IMG/VR virus record: IMGVR_UViG_3300011337_000054
Span: 1-28,487 of that record
From: a virus
Lineage: Duplodnaviria; Caudoviricetes
Direction: 5' to 3' (one strand)
Length of the DNA: 28,487 nucleotides
Position 1 is the stretch's first letter; each line of letters opens with the position of its first letter. The position numbers and the translations under genes are program-made. Shown here piece after piece: positions 17,578-24,791 of this stretch. Under the pieces are notes generated by a model, which saw only the letters and a program-made list of their open reading frames with translations, had not been told where the DNA came from and made no database searches.

Positions 17578-19656
17578 ATGGGGCTGTTGGATGATGATGA
17601 GGAGCTGCTGAGAAGGCCAGCGTTTGGGAATACCAAACTTGCCCGGCAGGTTGCAAGGACAAGGGCATTGCAGGCCGCAAGGTCAAACGATGTGAACACA
17701 TTGCCTGACCCGCAAACCTATGCCTTCATGCAAGGGTTGCTGGGTGAATCGCCAGACCAGATGGGGTTCAGCCCCATGAACCCAGACTATGCCAAGATTA
17801 TGGGCCGCGGTGAGCAGGGGATGCTTGCTGGAACTGTGTCTATGGTGGGACCAACTGCCAAGGCAATCAAAGGCTTGGCGGGATTAGGCGCGAAGGCACT
17901 GGGTCCAACGGCAGTGGGCATGGGCGAGAGGTACTTGCAGCGGCAGGGGTTGATGCCTGGTGTGGTGCCAGAAGGTGCTGGTGCCAAAGCATCAAACGCC
18001 AGGGAAGCTGAAGTTGCTCGAGTGAATCGAAGAATTGCAACAACAGGACAATACGTTGGAGCGCCCCCTGGAGTTGACTCACCACAATCATTGGGCGCAA
18101 TGGTGAATAATTACTTGAGGGGAATGGAAGAGGGTATGCCGGGTAGGAATTTCTACACTGATTCAAGCAAGGACATTTTTGCGAGAACAGGGCAAGACAT
18201 TACGCAGTCAGACCTTCTTGCACAGAACATTGCGACCCTAAGCAGAGCAAACAATGTCGCAGGCAACACTTCAATGTCTGCAAAAGCGCACATTCAAGCA
18301 GCCACTGGTGACCCTATAAAAACAGGCAGGTTCCCAAGTAAAGATTCGCCACCACTGCAGGCAATGTATGACGCAGGACAAGCGGAATATCTTGGTCACA
18401 AGCGCGACCCATTTGCAACACAGCTTGGTGTTGAATATGCCCCCGAGCGCATTGGCAGAGGGGTCAACGATATGCATGAAGCCGAACTGATGGGATACCC
18501 ATCAGGCAAGGTTAGCGGAGCCACCCAACACGACTTTATGGACGAGGTTAGGGCAAGAGCAATTGAAAGAGCTAACGCCACACAACTTGGTGGATTCAGC
18601 GATTGGAACACTGGCAATGCCCAGGCAGCAGCCTGGTCAGGAAACAAAATTAGGCGTGGTGATCTCTCGCCAGGTGATGCTGCAAAATCCTATGCCGACT
18701 ACTTCCCAATGCATGAAGCCAATGCCACTTACGAGGCTGTAAGCAGCCCGGTTACGGGACAGTTGCAAGGTCTATTGGATGCTCCTTTTGATGCAAAATT
18801 AGCATACACACGCGACCCAAGAGGGTCATGGAACACATCCGCATCTGGGCGTGACATTGGATACACCGCTGCCAATATGCTGCCTGGTGAGGCCGTTGAA
18901 ACTGTTGGGAGGTTCAAGCAAACAGCACAGCCAGCAATGGTTGCAAGACCTGTCATTGGCACTGAAACAGCAGCAGATAAATCCAGGGTAATGACCCCAG
19001 GGTCTAAAAAATCAATGTCAGCGGTTGAGGCTGGACGAGCATACTTTGATGTTCAAGAGGCTGGAGCATGGCATAAGTTGATGCCTGCAGATAACGCCAA
19101 CTCCTACACTGGTGCAAACATCAACTTTGGAAAATCTTTCACTCAGAAAGACATGGAAAAGATTGCCCCACTGTTTGAAAGCAAGGGATATTATTTAGCA
19201 AGCGCACCCAATGGGTTAACAGTCATTGCCAATGAATCAACAAAGGTTGGGAAGGATTTTGCAAACGAAATTAGAGGCATCATCAAAAGCAACAAAGCTG
19301 ATTTCTCAAATGCGAACACTGAATTTGGGTCAATTGCAAGTGATTACATCGACTACTCAACGGCATACAAAAGCGGGAAACCTGGCTCAGTAACAACTGA
19401 GATGCTCAAATATTTGGATGCTGCGCCAAACACTGCTTCTCTTCTTGAGAAGAATCAAATGTACAGAGACACTGTACTTGCTCGAAATGCTCGAGATGCT
19501 GAAGCAGCACAGGCTGGTTTCGGTGTGAATCGAGCAGATGTAGTTAGAGCCAGGGAGATATTTGCAGCCCAAGGTTGGGAGGGATTAAGACGAGCTGCCG
19601 CGGCTGGTACGGTCCCGGCCTACTTCATGTCCTTGATTCCTGACAATCAAGATTGA
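17578..19656 (+). CDS. Large putative injected (cargo) protein with a possible HhH-GPD glycosylase-like domain
   Basis: 692-aa ORF, last late gene, MGLLD start; central FY...ATLS...N...GHK..F...VND.H...QAAAW pattern. The ORF is certain and the function is tentative. Confidence 0.6.
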   Translation: MGLLDDDEELLRRPAFGNTKLARQVARTRALQAARSNDVNTLPDPQTYAFMQGLLGESPDQMGFSPMNPDYAKIMGRGEQGMLAGTVSMVGPTAKAIKGLAGLGAKALGPTAVGMGERYLQRQGLMPGVVPEGAGAKASNAREAEVARVNRRIATTGQYVGAPPGVDSPQSLGAMVNNYLRGMEEGMPGRNFYTDSSKDIFARTGQDITQSDLLAQNIATLSRANNVAGNTSMSAKAHIQAATGDPIKTGRFPSKDSPPLQAMYDAGQAEYLGHKRDPFATQLGVEYAPERIGRGVNDMHEAELMGYPSGKVSGATQHDFMDEVRARAIERANATQLGGFSDWNTGNAQAAAWSGNKIRRGDLSPGDAAKSYADYFPMHEANATYEAVSSPVTGQLQGLLDAPFDAKLAYTRDPRGSWNTSASGRDIGYTAANMLPGEAVETVGRFKQTAQPAMVARPVIGTETAADKSRVMTPGSKKSMSAVEAGRAYFDVQEAGAWHKLMPADNANSYTGANINFGKSFTQKDMEKIAPLFESKGYYLASAPNGLTVIANESTKVGKDFANEIRGIIKSNKADFSNANTEFGSIASDYIDYSTAYKSGKPGSVTTEMLKYLDAAPNTASLLEKNQMYRDTVLARNARDAEAAQAGFGVNRADVVRAREIFAAQGWEGLRRAAAAGTVPAYFMSLIPDNQD

Positions 19657-19838
19657 AGTTGTGATTTTTCATTTTCCGCATTCTGATGTGCAATCTGCCG
19701 CGGCAACATGACCGACACACCAGCAAAGACCCCCATCAAATAATCAGCGCGAATCTCCCAACGCTCATCGTGTCTATCCTGACGCCAATTTATCTCTGAT
19801 GCAGTCTTTTGCTTTTTTGAAAATAAATATTTTTTCAT
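19647..19838 (-). CDS. Hypothetical protein (63 aa), convergent with and overlapping the last late gene
   Basis: GGAGGA RBS before ATG at 19838; MKKYLFSKKQ...; AT-rich. Confidence 0.6.
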   Translation of the reverse strand: MKKYLFSKKQKTASEINWRQDRHDERWEIRADYLMGVFAGVSVMLPRQIAHQNAENEKSQLQS

Positions 19839-19848
19839 AGTTCCTCCA

Positions 19849-20076
19849 TCAAGGATGCGGACAATCGTCAGGCACAAACGCCAGGCAGTGGACGCCAGCG
19901 TACTTGGTCCTGGTCTGGACCCAGCGGTCAATGTAGACATCAGGCATCAGCGCAAGAGACCTGCTGATTTGGGATGCGCCAACGTCGAGCGCAAACGACA
20001 GCTCACTGGCGGTCATGCCGTCTGGCGCCTGGGCCAGGGCGTCCCTGATGCGTTTATTCAGCACTGTGATCGTCAT
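19849..20076 (-). CDS. Winged-HTH DNA-binding protein
   Basis: IRDALAQAPDGMTASELSFALDVGASQISRSL followed by beta strands VYIDRW. Confidence 0.7.
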   Translation of the reverse strand: MTITVLNKRIRDALAQAPDGMTASELSFALDVGASQISRSLALMPDVYIDRWVQTRTKYAGVHCLAFVPDDCPHP

Positions 20077-20455
20077 CGTTGCGCCTCCTGAGTTGATTTG
20101 CTGCCCATGCAGCGCCTTGATCGAAAGTGTCTAAGGATGTTCCTTTACTATCCTTAACATACTCCCAATCCTTTTCCGTCAGACCCTGCCACGGGCGCTG
20201 TGCTGCGGGTGGTGCGGTGTAGAGGGCAATCGGCTTGTAGATGTCTGAGGGCTTCTTCCATCTGAAATACCTGTGGCCTACTCCGTTCTCGCACAAATAC
20301 GCCACAGGCTCCTGCTCTGGCTGCTCCAGCGCGGCTTTCAAAGCGGCAATGGCTGCATAAACCTCATCTTCGTAATCTGCCAATATCCACCCATGAGCGT
20401 TGAGGCGCTCAATGCACTTTAGCGCCTGCTGCGCGGCTTGTCTCAGGTCATTCAT
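20054..20455 (-). CDS. Hypothetical early protein (EPVA...LYTAP family)
   Basis: AIAALKAALEQPEQEPVAY, ALYTAPP and RPWQGLT motifs common in proteobacterial phage early genes; ATGA overlap. Confidence 0.75.
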   Translation of the reverse strand: MNDLRQAAQQALKCIERLNAHGWILADYEDEVYAAIAALKAALEQPEQEPVAYLCENGVGHRYFRWKKPSDIYKPIALYTAPPAAQRPWQGLTEKDWEYVKDSKGTSLDTFDQGAAWAANQLRRRNDDDHSAE

Positions 20456-20574
20456 AGCATTCCCCACAAGAAACCCGCCAGCCCTGCAATGCCTACCAGC
20501 GCCAGCAGGAACACAACTAAGTGGGCAACCAAGTAGCACCACATCATCAGCTCATAATCGTCATCATCACCCAT
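20452..20574 (-). CDS. Small single-TM protein (40 aa)
   Basis: MGDDDDYELMMWCYLVAHLVVFLLALVGIAGLAGFLWGML; tightly packed with its neighbours. Confidence 0.55.
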   Translation of the reverse strand: MGDDDDYELMMWCYLVAHLVVFLLALVGIAGLAGFLWGML

Positions 20575-20575
20575 G

Positions 20576-20788
20576 CTAACCCCCTGCAGCAAGGGTGTGC
20601 CGGGGCCAGAGGAAGGCGCTGCTCTCAACAGCACCCGCATCCTTCAACTCCTGCACAGTCCACAGCTTCATTGGCGTTATCTTGGTATGCCCTGGCGTAA
20701 CGTAGCAGGGGAGGGTGTAATGCGGCAAGAGTTTGATGCCGTTTAAGATGAACACTGTGTGTTCTACCAATTCCAATCTGTCACTCAT
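20576..20788 (-). CDS. Hypothetical protein
   Basis: MSDRLELVEHTVF...; start overlaps the upstream stop. Confidence 0.65.
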   Translation of the reverse strand: MSDRLELVEHTVFILNGIKLLPHYTLPCYVTPGHTKITPMKLWTVQELKDAGAVESSAFLWPRHTLAAGG

Positions 20789-20994
20789 AATTGCACCTTT
20801 CTTGTCTTTGCACCACGGTGCGTGTAGCACTGGATGCTGTTATCCTCCAACAGCCTCCAGCCTGCGTTCTCACCGCACATCTTCTGAATCTTTTCCTCTG
20901 CCGTATCCACCCGAGCCTCATGCTCAGATGGACCATCGAGCAGGTAAGCCGCCGACATCACTAGGGCCACCAGCGCTGCTGCCACCCAGTTCAT
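20785..20994 (-). CDS. Small protein with N-terminal TM/signal segment and a Cys pair
   Basis: MNWVAAALVALVMSAAYLLDGPS...MCGENAGW...IQC. Confidence 0.7.
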   Translation of the reverse strand: MNWVAAALVALVMSAAYLLDGPSEHEARVDTAEEKIQKMCGENAGWRLLEDNSIQCYTHRGAKTRKVQL

Positions 20995-21140
20995 GCCTCA
21001 CCCCGACCGCGGCAAGTCAGGCACACACTGCCATCAAACTCACCTTCGCCAGAGCCTTCGCAGGCAGGGCAAATGTCAGTTTCTTGCGGCTCATAGTTAT
21101 TGCTCATGTATTGAGCCAGGTCTTCGTCATAGTCGTTCAT
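20991..21140 (-). CDS. 49-aa DnaJ-type zinc-finger microprotein (not in ORF track)
   Basis: MNDYDEDLAQYMSNNYEPQETDICPACEGSGEGEFDGSVCLTCRGRGEA has two CxxCxGxG motifs; GAGG RBS; ATGA overlaps at both ends. Confidence 0.8.
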   Translation of the reverse strand: MNDYDEDLAQYMSNNYEPQETDICPACEGSGEGEFDGSVCLTCRGRGEA

Positions 21141-21535
21141 TTTGATACCTCATATTGCTTAGAGAATTTTGCCTTTGCGATAGCATCCTGTGCCTCAGTC
21201 AGCACCACCCACTTAATACCAGCGTCACCCCTAGCATCCACCAGCACAGCATTTGTCAACCACCAATCCTTTGCTTTCCGATAAATCGTGATTTGGGTTA
21301 CTTTGCGGCTGTACTTGTAAGCGTTTGGCAGAGCAGACCCGCTGCGATACCGCGCCATTGCACAAGGCATATCTTTTTTGTTGCCCAGCAAATACCTCAC
21401 ATACACCTCAGCCCACACCGAAACTTGAAAAATGTCACTGACGGTGACAATGTGAGCTTTTGCAGTGCCATTAACCTGTGAGATAGCAAAATCTAACGCT
21501 TTGATGTTTTCTGGTGTGATTTTGATGTGTTTCAT
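21137..21535 (-). CDS. Hypothetical protein
   Basis: 132-aa ORF in the leftward operon with a purine-rich leader. Confidence 0.75.
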   Translation of the reverse strand: MKHIKITPENIKALDFAISQVNGTAKAHIVTVSDIFQVSVWAEVYVRYLLGNKKDMPCAMARYRSGSALPNAYKYSRKVTQITIYRKAKDWWLTNAVLVDARGDAGIKWVVLTEAQDAIAKAKFSKQYEVSK

Positions 21536-21549
21536 GATCTTTTCTTTCT

Positions 21550-21563
21550 GGGGCCGAAGCCCC
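21550..21563 (-). promoter_or_regulatory. Intergenic C(UUCG)G tetraloop hairpin
   Basis: The - strand reads GGGGC-TTCG-GCCCC between two leftward genes, with no U tract on this strand. Confidence 0.55.
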
Positions 21564-21570
21564 GTTTGGT

Positions 21571-21747
21571 TTAGACCAGAGCCGCCTTGACTTTTGCAAT
21601 CAGGTCAAGCGCGTAAGAGTGGCGACCATTGACCCATGCGCCATTGATTTGTTTCTGGAAAAACGTGCAGCCCTTGCTGTCAACCAGTGCGCGGCGGGTA
21701 CCGTGCTGGTAGGCCATTCCGTTTTTTGTGCTGTAGATGCTGATCAT
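21571..21747 (-). CDS. Hypothetical protein (58 aa), first leftward early gene (not in ORF track)
   Basis: MISIYSTKNGMAYQHGTRRALVDSKGCTFFQKQINGAWVNGRHSYALDLIAKVKAALV; AGGAAG RBS. Confidence 0.7.
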   Translation of the reverse strand: MISIYSTKNGMAYQHGTRRALVDSKGCTFFQKQINGAWVNGRHSYALDLIAKVKAALV

Positions 21748-21793
21748 TTTGCTTCCTAAAAGACCCTGTGCAAAGTGCTAGGGCTTAAGTAGA

Positions 21794-21821
21794 ATTCTAG
21801 CGGCTTGCTAGTGCCTATCAA
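21794..21821 (-). promoter_or_regulatory. Leftward sigma70-like promoter
   Basis: The - strand reads TTGATA-16 bp-TAGAAT upstream of the leftward operon. Confidence 0.65.
21797..21811. promoter_or_regulatory. Operator-like palindrome 1
   Basis: CTAGC-GGCTT-GCTAG overlaps the leftward promoter; a related copy lies at 21896-21910. Confidence 0.55.
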
Positions 21822-21895
21822 GGCTTTTAGCAAAAATATTTACTATGACAAACCCTTAAGGGTAAACACCTAGCCAAATTCCTTGACTTGACGCT

Positions 21896-21913
21896 ATAGC
21901 AGTCTGCTAGACT
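21896..21913 (+). promoter_or_regulatory. Operator-like palindrome 2 overlapping an extended -10 rightward promoter
   Basis: ATAGC-AGTCT-GCTAG; TG-C-TAGACT at 21905-21913, 7 nt before the ATG at 21921; TTGACT/TTGACG upstream. Confidence 0.55.
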
Positions 21914-21920
21914 CTTTCGC

Positions 21921-22127
21921 ATGGAACAAAAACTCACACCAGCAGAGCGCCAAGAACTTGCCGACTTAGTCGGCTTAAATGAGCAGTGGCTCTACCAGTG
22001 CTTGACTGGTAGGCGGGACATGAGTCCAGCGGAAGCCATCAGGGTGGAGGCTGCGTCTGGTGGCAACGTCACCAGGCAGATGCTGTGCCAGGGAACCTGG
22101 GCCAAGATTTGGCCTGAGTTGGCATGA
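21921..22127 (+). CDS. Cro/YdaS-like HTH transcriptional regulator
   Basis: RQELADLVGLNEQWLYQCLTGRR...AIRVEAASGGNVTRQML...WAKIWPEL. Confidence 0.85.
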   Translation: MEQKLTPAERQELADLVGLNEQWLYQCLTGRRDMSPAEAIRVEAASGGNVTRQMLCQGTWAKIWPELA

Positions 22128-22660
22128 GCAATTTACAATCTCGCCAGGCCACGCAGTTGCCTATTTCGGGGGTGGGCCAAGTGTCCACCTCCTCCTTTTC
22201 CAGAGTCATTGGCATTGACCCTGGCGCATCTGGCGCTATTGCTCTCCTGGTCAACGGTGTCCTGGTGTCAGTCCACGATATGCCAACAGTCACCGTGGAG
22301 CGCAACAAATCCCAGAAACGGCAGGTCTGTCCAGCTGGACTCTCAATGCTGATTCAGCAGCTCTCACCGAACAAAGCCATTGTCGAGAAGGTAGGCGCAC
22401 GGCCTGGAGAGGGTGTGTCTTCAATGTTCAGCTTTGGGCGTTCGGTTGGCATCATCGAAGGTGTCTTAGCCGCCAAGCAGATACCTGTGACCTTTGTCAC
22501 TCCGCAAGCCTGGCAGAAGTGGTCAGGTGCCGCAAGGGGCAAGGACGGGAGCCGCCAGAGGGTCATGGAGCTATTCCCGCGGGAGGCGCATCTCTTTGCA
22601 CGGGTCAAGGACGATGGACGCGCTGACGCTGTTCTGATAGCACTGGCGGGGGCGATATGA
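22124..22660 (+). CDS. RuvC-like Holliday junction resolvase
   Basis: VIGIDPGASGAIA, AIVEKV, SMFSFG, VTPQAW and DGRADAVLIA acidic catalytic motifs. Confidence 0.85.
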   Translation: MSNLQSRQATQLPISGVGQVSTSSFSRVIGIDPGASGAIALLVNGVLVSVHDMPTVTVERNKSQKRQVCPAGLSMLIQQLSPNKAIVEKVGARPGEGVSSMFSFGRSVGIIEGVLAAKQIPVTFVTPQAWQKWSGAARGKDGSRQRVMELFPREAHLFARVKDDGRADAVLIALAGAI

Positions 22661-22884
22661 CATCACTGCAAAGCACTGAGCGCCAAACCCTCAAGGCGCA
22701 CATTCTCTGGCTTGGCAACGAGTTGGAGAAGTCTAGACGCCAATGCAGCATGAAGACGGAACTCCTTCAGCGGATGCTGGACCCGGACGATCTGGGTCAT
22801 GCCGTGAGCCAGGAGGTACGAGTCTTGGTCTACCAAATTCTGATTGAAGACAGTCACAACGAAAGAGCCGCATGGAACAGATAA
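22657..22884 (+). CDS. Hypothetical protein
   Basis: 75 aa; overlaps both neighbours; LLQRMLDPDDLGHAVSQEVR. Confidence 0.7.
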   Translation: MTSLQSTERQTLKAHILWLGNELEKSRRQCSMKTELLQRMLDPDDLGHAVSQEVRVLVYQILIEDSHNERAAWNR

Positions 22885-23936
22885 CACTCAGGCCTAGCGC
22901 AGCCGCCCGGTGGATTGCTTGCCCTGCAAGCGTTCAGCTCTCAGCCAAGATGCCACAGTCAGAGGCAGGTGCTGCTGCCCAGCGTGGAACTGCAATTCAC
23001 TCTCTGAGTGAGTCTTGCTTTATGACGAGTAGCACACCAGAGGAGTGGCTAGGGATTGACGTTGGAGGCGTCAGGATGGACGAGGAGGCCATCACTTACG
23101 CTCGCAAGCACCTGGACTACATTGAGACTGAAGAGCTGCGATTAGGCAATGTGTTTGTGGAGCAGTTTGTCACAGCGTATGAGAGTCCCGCGGTGCGTGT
23201 AGCGGGTACGGCGGACGTTCTGGGTTGGAGTGACGACACTGGCGAGTTCATTATTGGTGACCTCAAGACAGGCCGCGGTTGGGTGGACGCTGACAGTGAC
23301 CAAATGAGAATTTATGCTCTTGGCGGTATGCGGTTGGCGAAAAAGCAATTCAAGACAGTGACAATGACTATTGTTCAGCCAGTGCATGGCGTCAATCGCA
23401 GTCACACCATGACGGTGCCTGACCTGTTGCGCTGGGAGGCGCAGGTGCTGATACCCGCTGTGCAGGCAGCAATGTCCACTACAGCAGAGGCAGTGCCAAG
23501 TGAAGCTGCTTGTCAGTGGTGTCCAGCGAAAGCAATCTGCCCAGCTCACATTGAGCCTTTCAATGTGATGTCTGTAGCGCAGGAACCACCAGCACTGAGT
23601 GATGAGCAGCTGACATCGTTCCTGGACAACATTGCCAAGGTGGAGGCGTTCATTAAGGCATTGGAAACGTATGCCACCAAGCGCATCAAGGATGGTGCGT
23701 CATTACCAGGTTGGCAGATGGGGCCGAAGAAGGCTACAAGGAAGTGGACGGATGAGGCTGATGCTGCCACTGCACTGCACCAAGCGGGTCTGACATCAGC
23801 GCAAATCTACCCCAAGGAAATCATATCGCCAGCAGTTGCCGAGAAACTGCTTGGCGATAAAACAGTCACGGAAACTTTGACAACCAAGGTTTCCAGTGGA
23901 CTCACACTTTGTCGGTCACACGGCATTGGTGAGTAA
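22872..23936 (+). CDS. PD-(D/E)XK nuclease, DUF2800 (Cas4-like) family
   Basis: PSAAARWIACPAS, GTAIHSLSE, GTAD, DLKTG, QMRIYALG and CQWCPAKAICP motifs. Confidence 0.85.
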   Translation: MEQITLRPSAAARWIACPASVQLSAKMPQSEAGAAAQRGTAIHSLSESCFMTSSTPEEWLGIDVGGVRMDEEAITYARKHLDYIETEELRLGNVFVEQFVTAYESPAVRVAGTADVLGWSDDTGEFIIGDLKTGRGWVDADSDQMRIYALGGMRLAKKQFKTVTMTIVQPVHGVNRSHTMTVPDLLRWEAQVLIPAVQAAMSTTAEAVPSEAACQWCPAKAICPAHIEPFNVMSVAQEPPALSDEQLTSFLDNIAKVEAFIKALETYATKRIKDGASLPGWQMGPKKATRKWTDEADAATALHQAGLTSAQIYPKEIISPAVAEKLLGDKTVTETLTTKVSSGLTLCRSHGIGE

Positions 23937-23976
23937 GGCGAAAGCGTAATCTTCAACTCTTCAAAGGAAATTCAAA

Positions 23977-24564
23977 ATGCTAAATCTGTCAAACGGCAAT
24001 GGCGGTGCCTACATCCGCTTCATGGCTCAGACAAAGGTCTGGGAGAACTCGGACAAGGAAGCAATCACCATCGACACAATGGTGATGGACCTGGACTCGG
24101 TTCGCACTGGGTGGCTGCTGTTGGCAGTTGGACAGCGGGACTGGGTGGAGGACGCGCAAGTTGGCGTCAAGGGTAAGCAGCCCAGCCCAGACTATAAGTA
24201 TGGGTTCAGCGTGAAGTTGTTCTCCAAGCCTCTTGGTGTCGTTGAGTGGTGCGCCAATGGCGTAGGGGTGACGAAAGGTTTCCAGGCCATCTACAACGCC
24301 TGCGACAAGGCGGCGGAGCAGAACCCTGGCAAGGTGCCTGTGATTAAGTACGAGGGTGCTACGTCACTCAAGATTGGTGCCGGGAACACGGCAATCCCCA
24401 ACTTCACATTAAAGAACTGGATTAACCGTCCAGCTGCACTGGACGCTGACCCGACAGATGCTGACTTTGAGGAGCCAGCACCAGCACCAGCACCAGTGCG
24501 CCAGGCTGCAAAGCCAAAGCCAGCACCAGCACCAGTGCAGGATGATGAGGAAATGTTCAACTAA
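23977..24564 (+). CDS. Probable single-stranded DNA-binding protein
   Basis: Beta-rich core, Pro/Ala linker, acidic tail DDEEMFN; located between nuclease and primase; AAGGA RBS. Confidence 0.6.
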   Translation: MLNLSNGNGGAYIRFMAQTKVWENSDKEAITIDTMVMDLDSVRTGWLLLAVGQRDWVEDAQVGVKGKQPSPDYKYGFSVKLFSKPLGVVEWCANGVGVTKGFQAIYNACDKAAEQNPGKVPVIKYEGATSLKIGAGNTAIPNFTLKNWINRPAALDADPTDADFEEPAPAPAPVRQAAKPKPAPAPVQDDEEMFN

Positions 24565-24581
24565 AACGCAACTGACAAAGG

Positions 24582-24608
24582 AACCCGGCCCGAGTGCCGG
24601 GTTTTTTT
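24582..24608 (+). terminator. Rho-independent terminator
   Basis: AACCCGGC-CCGAGT-GCCGGGTT followed by a T run. Confidence 0.8.
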
Positions 24609-24614
24609 GCCCCT

Positions 24615-24791
24615 ATGAATCAAGAACAATGGAATTTGCTCCTCATTGCACTCGCACAGCGGGTGTATCAACTGGAGCAGAGAATAAAAACAATGGAAAC
24701 ATCCAATGGATGCAAAACTGATTGCAGCAGCACTAGGACGCGCAAAGCCAGCAGCAAACGGGCATTGGCTGGCGTCCTGCCCAGTGCTTGA
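24615..24791 (+). CDS. Possible small hypothetical protein
   Basis: MNQEQWNLLLIALAQRVYQLEQRIKT is a plausible helix, but the ORF overlaps the primase by 86 bp and has no clear RBS. Confidence 0.35.
   Translation: MNQEQWNLLLIALAQRVYQLEQRIKTMETSNGCKTDCSSTRTRKASSKRALAGVLPSA

Noticed and set aside
22872-23936. Cas4 as part of a CRISPR system
   Set aside because: It is a common phage DUF2800-type nuclease in a replication module, with no cas1/cas2 or array.
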